From Deltaproteobacteria bacterium (GTDB lineage Bacteria > Myxococcota_A > UBA9160 > SZUA-336): a stretch of DNA of 44,140 nucleotides. The position numbers and the translations under genes were made by a program. Shown one piece after another: positions 36,967-44,140 of the stretch. The notes beneath the pieces were generated by a model. That model had not been told where the DNA came from, did no database searches, and saw nothing but the letters and a program-made list of their open reading frames with translations. Position 1 is the stretch's first letter; each line of letters opens with the position of its first letter. The DNA lies in assembly GCA_004356455.1 (NCBI GenBank), contig SMWZ01000118.1, positions 1-44,140 on the forward strand, in the 5' to 3' direction.

Positions 36967-38196
36967 GTGGAGGGGCACCTCTTTCAGTTCGCCGTGCTCC
37001 TGGCGGTCCTCGGTCTGGCTGCCGTGGTCTCGATCGCGCTGCGCCTGCCCGTGGTGCCGCTCTATATCGGCGTGGGTGTGGTGCTCGGCGATCTGCTGGG
37101 GCCCGACGACATGATTCGCTTTCTCGGCTCGCTGGGCGTGGTGTTTCTGCTCTTCTCCCTGGGGCTGGAGTTCTCGCAGACGTCGATCACCCGCGACCCC
37201 AAGCGTTTCGTGCGCGCCGGCTCGATCGACTTTCTGTTCAACTTCCCGGTCGGGCTCTTCGTGGGCCTCGCGCTCGGCTGGTCCTGGATCGAGAGCTTCT
37301 GCCTGGCCGGCGTGCTCTACATGAGCTCGAGCGCGGTCGTGTCCAAGTGCATCGTGGACTTCGGCCGGGCGACACGTCCCGAGACCGAGACCATCCTCTC
37401 GATCATGGTCTTCGAGGACCTGGTGATCGCGGTCTACCTGGCGGTGCTGAACGCGTTGATCACGGGCGGCCCGGACCCGACTCTGGCGGGCGTCGGGCTT
37501 CAGATCCTCAAGGCGGCGGCCTTCGTGCTACTGCTCCTCTTACTCGCGCGCCGCTTTCAAGGACCCTTCGAGCGAATCATCAGCCACCGCTCCGAGGAGG
37601 CCTTTACGCTCGTCCTCTTCGCATTCATCCTGCTGGTCGCCTCCTCCGCGATCGCCGCCGGACTCTCCGAGGCCGTGGGCGCGTTCCTGGCGGGGCTCGT
37701 GATCGGGTCCACCCGGCTCAAGGAGCGAGCGGCGCACACGCTGCTTCCCTTCCAGACACTCTTCGCAGCGCTCTTCTTCGTCTCCTTCGGGATGGGTCTC
37801 GAGCTGCGCAGCATGCTCGGCGTGCTCGCGCCAGCGCTCTTGCTCGTTGCGATCGGGTTCGGAACCAAGGTGATGGGCGGCTTCCTGGCGGCGCGCAGCA
37901 CGGGCCACCCGCCCTACCAGGCCGCCGTCGTCGGCCTCTCGCTCGTACCCAAGGGGGAGTTCTCCATTCTGATTGCCGCGCTGGCAGCGTCGGTCGCGAG
38001 TCCCGGATCCAACCTCCAAGCGCTGACCGCGCTCTACGTCTTTGTGCTCTCGATCATCGGACCCATCGGCATGCGCGAGGCGGACCGCATCTGGGCCCTG
38101 CTCGTCCCCAGCAAGCCCGAGTCCAAGCCCAAACCCAAGCACCAAGGGCCGGCCAACGAGCAGCGTCCGGGGACAAACGCTACGAGCGCCCCGTGA
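36967..38196 (+). CDS. CPA2-family K+/H+ antiporter (KhtU/YhaU-like)
   Basis: GVVFLLFSLGLEFS, SSSAVV, VFEDL, GAFLAG, PKGEFS; about 12 TM segments. Confidence 0.9.
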   Translation: MEGHLFQFAVLLAVLGLAAVVSIALRLPVVPLYIGVGVVLGDLLGPDDMIRFLGSLGVVFLLFSLGLEFSQTSITRDPKRFVRAGSIDFLFNFPVGLFVGLALGWSWIESFCLAGVLYMSSSAVVSKCIVDFGRATRPETETILSIMVFEDLVIAVYLAVLNALITGGPDPTLAGVGLQILKAAAFVLLLLLLARRFQGPFERIISHRSEEAFTLVLFAFILLVASSAIAAGLSEAVGAFLAGLVIGSTRLKERAAHTLLPFQTLFAALFFVSFGMGLELRSMLGVLAPALLLVAIGFGTKVMGGFLAARSTGHPPYQAAVVGLSLVPKGEFSILIAALAASVASPGSNLQALTALYVFVLSIIGPIGMREADRIWALLVPSKPESKPKPKHQGPANEQRPGTNATSAP

Positions 38197-38217
38197 CTGG
38201 TCCCGGGCGGAGTACGC

Positions 38218-39051
38218 CTAATCGTCCTGGTTGAAGATCTGGGCACCCAGGAATCCTCCGTCGCAGGGAATGGCGGTGGCTGTGATGAAGCTGGCGCCGG
38301 GCGAGGCCAGGAACACCACCAGGTTCGCGATGTCATCGGGCTCGCCGATGCGGCCGACGGGAGTTCGCTTGGCGATGCTGGTGCGCAGCGACCCAGCCAT
38401 CGAGAGCACCAGGGGCGTGCCGATCAGACCCGGCAGTATCGCGTTGGCGGTCACACCCCCTGGCCCGAACTCCTGGGCCACCGACTGCGTGAACCCGACC
38501 AGTCCCGCCTTGCTGGCGGTGTAGGCGGGCTGCGCGGGGCTGGGCACGCGCGCCGCGGCGGAGGCGATGTTCACGATCCGACCCCAGCCCCGGCTCGCCA
38601 TGGACGGTGCGACCGCCTGCACGCAGTTGAACGCCCCCGTCAGATTGACGCGGAGCTCGCGCTCCCAGGCCTCGAACTCCATCTGGCCGATGGGCGCGAT
38701 GTTCGTCACGATGGCTGCGTTGTTCACCAGGATGTCGATCGGCGCGAGCTTTGACTCGCACTCGCGGATCGCCGACCGCACGGCTACGGGATCCGCCACG
38801 TCCAGCTCGAGCTCCAGCGACGAGCGACCCAGCTCGCGCACCGCGTCGGCGGTACGAACGTCTTCATCCTTTCCCGACCAGCGTTTGCGCAGGCGGTAAT
38901 ACGGCTCGCCCTCGAAGCGCTGCGGGTGGATATCCGCGATCGCCACATCGGCTCCGGCGCGGGCAAGGCCGAGTGCGATGGCCCTTCCGATGCCGCGCCC
39001 GGCGCCGGTTACGAGTGCAGTCCTCCCGCTCAATATCCCGCTGTCGACCAT
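38218..39051 (-). CDS. SDR family oxidoreductase (FabG-like)
   Basis: TGAGRGIG, LVNNAA, YTASK, NAILPG, DGG. Confidence 0.92.
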   Translation of the reverse strand: MVDSGILSGRTALVTGAGRGIGRAIALGLARAGADVAIADIHPQRFEGEPYYRLRKRWSGKDEDVRTADAVRELGRSSLELELDVADPVAVRSAIRECESKLAPIDILVNNAAIVTNIAPIGQMEFEAWERELRVNLTGAFNCVQAVAPSMASRGWGRIVNIASAAARVPSPAQPAYTASKAGLVGFTQSVAQEFGPGGVTANAILPGLIGTPLVLSMAGSLRTSIAKRTPVGRIGEPDDIANLVVFLASPGASFITATAIPCDGGFLGAQIFNQDD

Positions 39052-39219
39052 CTAGTATCCTGATCCGGAAGTTCGCTCGCATTCTCGGCGCCCGCTGCAT
39101 CCATGCTCGCGGCGTTGCACTCGCTCGCCGAAGCTACGGATTCGCCGCGCTCGCGCGCCTTGCGAGCGTGGCGCCTCGGCCGCGAGAACTGCGCCGGAAC
39201 TCCCGCAACAGAACACTAG
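39052..39219. mobile_element. 168-bp MITE-like element bounded by CTAG with imperfect terminal inverted repeats
   Basis: Left CTAGTATCCTGATCCGGAAGTTC versus right (reverse complement) CTAGTGTTCTGTTGCGGGAGTTC, 18/23 identical; internal self-complementarity; no transposase. Confidence 0.75.
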
Positions 39220-39965
39220 CGGTAGAGCGGGTTGGGGTGATCGAAACGGCAGCCCGCGTCCCACAGGGAACGCTGGTTCCCATGAGCGGGAACTCCGCCC
39301 GCATCCTTCAGCATGCGCGCCAGGTGCATCAGGTTCCAGCTGAGGAAGGTCGTGTTGCGGTTGGTGAACTCGTTCTCGGGACCCCCGGATCCGGGATCGA
39401 GATAAGACGGCCCCGGACCCGCCTCTCCCAACCAGCCGGCATCCGCTTGAGGTGGGATCACGTACCCCAGGTGCTGGAGGGAGTAGAGGATGTTCATGGC
39501 GCAATGCTTGGCACCGTCCTCGTTACCGGTGATCAAACAGCCGCCTACGCGACCGTAGTAGGCGTATTGACCGCGCTCGTTCAGGTCCCCGGAGGTGGAG
39601 TAGAGGCGCTCGATCACCTTGGTGCAGACCGAAGACTTCTCCCCCAGCCAGATCGGCGAGGTGATCACGAGCATGTCCGCCGCCCTCACCTTTCCGTAGA
39701 TCTCGGGCCAGTCATCCCGTTCCCAGCCGTGCTGCGTCATGTCGGGATACACGCCGTAAGCCAGGTTGAAGTCCACCGGGCGCAGGACTTCGACGGTGAC
39801 GCCGTTCTTTTCCAGGATCGCGCGCGAGATCTTGATCAGGCCTTCCGTATGCGAAAGCTCCGGAGACCGCTTCAGGGTGCAGTTCAGAAAGAGGGCCTTG
39901 AGATCCGAGAAATCCCACTTGCTCGACTCGCACAGCTCGAGCTGATGTTCACTGAGCGTCATCAT
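39216..39965 (-). CDS. Flavodoxin-like/NADPH-dependent FMN reductase family protein
   Basis: FLNCTLKRSP..SHT, SPIWLG, ITGNEDGAKH, GEAGPGPSY. Confidence 0.88.
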   Translation of the reverse strand: MMTLSEHQLELCESSKWDFSDLKALFLNCTLKRSPELSHTEGLIKISRAILEKNGVTVEVLRPVDFNLAYGVYPDMTQHGWERDDWPEIYGKVRAADMLVITSPIWLGEKSSVCTKVIERLYSTSGDLNERGQYAYYGRVGGCLITGNEDGAKHCAMNILYSLQHLGYVIPPQADAGWLGEAGPGPSYLDPGSGGPENEFTNRNTTFLSWNLMHLARMLKDAGGVPAHGNQRSLWDAGCRFDHPNPLYR

Positions 39966-40029
39966 CGCGTCCCTCCCGGTGGCTCTAAGGGAGCGATCTT
40001 GAAGCCCGGGCGAGTCCTATGTCAATCGT

Positions 40030-40319
40030 TCAAGCGGACTCCTGCTCCCACTCCTCGGGCGTGAAGGCGCGCACGGACAGGGCGTGGATGTCGGCCTTCA
40101 TGGCATCGCCCAGAGCGTCGTAGACCATACGGTGGCGCGCAAGACGCGCATGCCCGACGAAGCGCGGCGAGACGAGCGTCACCCGAAAGTGTCCGCCGCC
40201 AGCGGCGGCGCCGGGGTGCCCACGGTGGAGATGACTCTCGTCCTGGACTTCCAGGTGCTCGGGCTCGAAGTGCTCGCGCAGGGTCGTCTCGATCCAGGCC
40301 GGGCGCTCGCCCGCTGGGA

Positions 40320-40323
<4 letters not shown>
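40030..40323 (-). CDS. bolA: BolA family protein
   Basis: [29 protein letters not shown]; GTGA overlap with acnA stop. Confidence 0.92.
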
Positions 40324-43043
<2,720 letters not shown>

Positions 43044-43081
43044 TGCGACCTCCTAGTCTTTCGCTGATAGCGAAAATAGCG

Positions 43082-43216
43082 AGAGGATGAGGTTCACGCT
43101 GGGGACCGGAGCCTTCGGGCTTCACCGGCTGCGGCCAGCCGGAAGACGAGCGGCGAGTTGGGAGTGCCCACCTGGCCCCGGTCCCAGCGCACGAGCGACC
43201 TCGTGATGGGACCTCT
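43082..43216 (-). ncRNA. Candidate structured RNA in the acnA leader (unassigned)
   Basis: Nested pairings AGAGG/CCTCT, GAGGT/ACCTC, CGCTGGGACCGGGGCC/GGCTCCGGTCCCCAGCG, GGGC/GCCC, apical CCGGCTG/CAGCCGG; a G-U pair favours the minus strand. Confidence 0.4.
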
Positions 43217-43383
43217 GAATCAGTCAGCCCGAGGAAATAGCAGGAATCGTACCGAGAGCGGCGCCGTTCGGGTCTAGTATACGGACCCGAGCGCTTGCAG
43301 CTGCTCTTGCCAGCTGCTGTCGGCGACGGGAGGGTCATCGAGGGAAGCGATCTTCCAATATTTCCCGTGGCCCTACCCGTGGC

Positions 43384-43686
43384 TCATAGCACCACCTCGA
43401 AGGCCTCGAGCCGCGGGTGGCCGAGCAGTGTTCCCTCGGGCGAGCGCGCCGACGCGTGAGCCTTGCGAAAGGCCTCAGAACGCGTCCAGGCCTCGAAAGC
43501 CTCGCGCGATTCCCAGGTGGAGTGGGAGAGGTAGAGCGTCTTCTCGCCATCGCCGGGACCGCGCAGAAGATGGAACTCGCTGAAGCCGGCGACCTCGTCC
43601 ATGTAGGTCTCGCGCTCGCGCCAGAGCTTCTCGAAATCAGGCTCGCGCCCTGCCCGGATCTCGAAACGGTTCATCGCGATGTACAT
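43384..43686 (-). CDS. ABM-domain monooxygenase, IsdG/HmoA heme-degrading-like
   Basis: MYIAMNRF..FEKLW..GFSEFHLL..WESREAFEAWTRSEAFRKAH; RBS GGAGAGG. Confidence 0.88.
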   Translation of the reverse strand: MYIAMNRFEIRAGREPDFEKLWRERETYMDEVAGFSEFHLLRGPGDGEKTLYLSHSTWESREAFEAWTRSEAFRKAHASARSPEGTLLGHPRLEAFEVVL

Positions 43687-43725
43687 GCTACTTCCTCTCC
43701 TACTCTGCGCCATTGGCGTCGTACT

Positions 43726-43752
43726 TGAGTTCCTGTGTCAAAGAGCCGATGT
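43726..43752 (+). promoter_or_regulatory. Putative sigma28-type promoter for the downstream RNA candidate
   Basis: TGAG-N15-GCCGATGT; predicted +1 near 43759-43761 coincides with the 5' end of the long stem. Confidence 0.4.
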
Positions 43753-43760
43753 TCTCGTCG

Positions 43761-43959
43761 GTCGGCCCCTCCCCGACAGTGACCGGGACCGATCATTCGA
43801 AAAGGCAGAGGTTCGAGGGACCACCGGCGCGGCATGGCCTGCGATAGGCGTGACCGCTGTCCGACCCCTTGGCGTCGGGCCGATCGAGCCAGAACAGCTC
43901 GAAGGGCTTCTGACCCTCTGATCCATAGCGTGTCCGACAGGCACGGGGGAGGGGCCGAC
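43761..43959 (+). ncRNA. Candidate ~200-nt ncRNA with 6S-like closing stem and central bubble plus a three-hairpin apical domain
   Basis: GTCGGCCCCTCCCC/GGGGAGGGGCCGAC terminal stem; GGAC/GTCC; bubble; CAGAGG/CCTCTG; three internal hairpins; G-U pairs favour the plus strand; no credible ORF. Confidence 0.55.
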
Positions 43960-43971
43960 AGTGCCCGGCAC

Positions 43972-44046
43972 TACTAGCGGGGTACTAGCGGGGTAACGGC
44001 GGGCAAACCCGCCTGCCCGCACTGCCCTCGCCTCTGCCTCGCTGCG
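43972..44046 (+). repeat. Diverged CTAG-anchored REP-like unit preceded by an 11-bp tandem duplication
   Basis: tactagcgggg twice (43972-43993), then CGGCGGGCAAACCCGCCTGCCCGCACT...GCCTCGCTGCGC, aligning to the 6975 family. Confidence 0.65.
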
Positions 44047-44140
44047 CGCGCCGCCCCGCGGCGCTTGCGGGGCGTGAGATCGGCGGACGCCCGGCTGCGC
44101 TTGCACGTGCCTCAGGCTAGAGGCCACGGTCGCGGAGCTC

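Noticed and set aside
36721-38234. 501-aa alternative-frame ORF over the antiporter genes
   Set aside because: Frame-shifted shadow of khtT/khtU-like genes; Arg-rich with no motifs
43059-43082. Fur-box-like TGATAGCGAAAATAGCG before acnA
   Set aside because: Poor match to the Fur inverted repeat; better explained as a small hairpin
43790-44010. c-di-GMP-I riboswitch-like words (CATTCGAAA, TAGCGGGGT, GGGCAAACC)
   Set aside because: Wrong order and spacing; the last two belong to the CTAG repeat unit
43738-44127. 129-aa minus-strand ORF at the window end
   Set aside because: Low-complexity Arg/Pro/Ala translation across a repeat and a structured-RNA candidate; no RBS or domain

Overview
GC-rich bacterial window, about 40 genes. 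The gene mix (PEP-CTERM, TSP3/dockerin-tailed secreted proteins, a kinase-STAND-cyclase hybrid, many SDRs and acyl-CoA enzymes) suggests a Myxococcota/Deltaproteobacteria-like organism; this is inference only. Most genes are housekeeping or lipid/aromatic catabolism: osmoprotectant-type ABC transporter, P450, SDRs, acyl-CoA dehydrogenase, FKBP, two SSS symporters, RapA-like helicase, TrmH, CoA-transferase, dinB, KhtTU-like K+/H+ antiporter, bolA, acnA. The standout is a divergent pair of cobalamin riboswitches (31799-32257). One controls a BtuB-like TonB receptor plus a secreted propeller-like protein with TSP3/dockerin tail; the other controls a PEP-CTERM surface protein. Together they look like a surface-displayed B12-scavenging system. 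Two unannotated structured-RNA candidates flank the last gene (43082-43216; 43761-43959, the latter behind a sigma28-like promoter). Also present: several CTAG-anchored REP/MITE-like elements, a decayed acetoacetate-CoA ligase, and a STAND-kinase-cyclase with non-canonical cyclase specificity residues. All calls are by eye; no searches were run.
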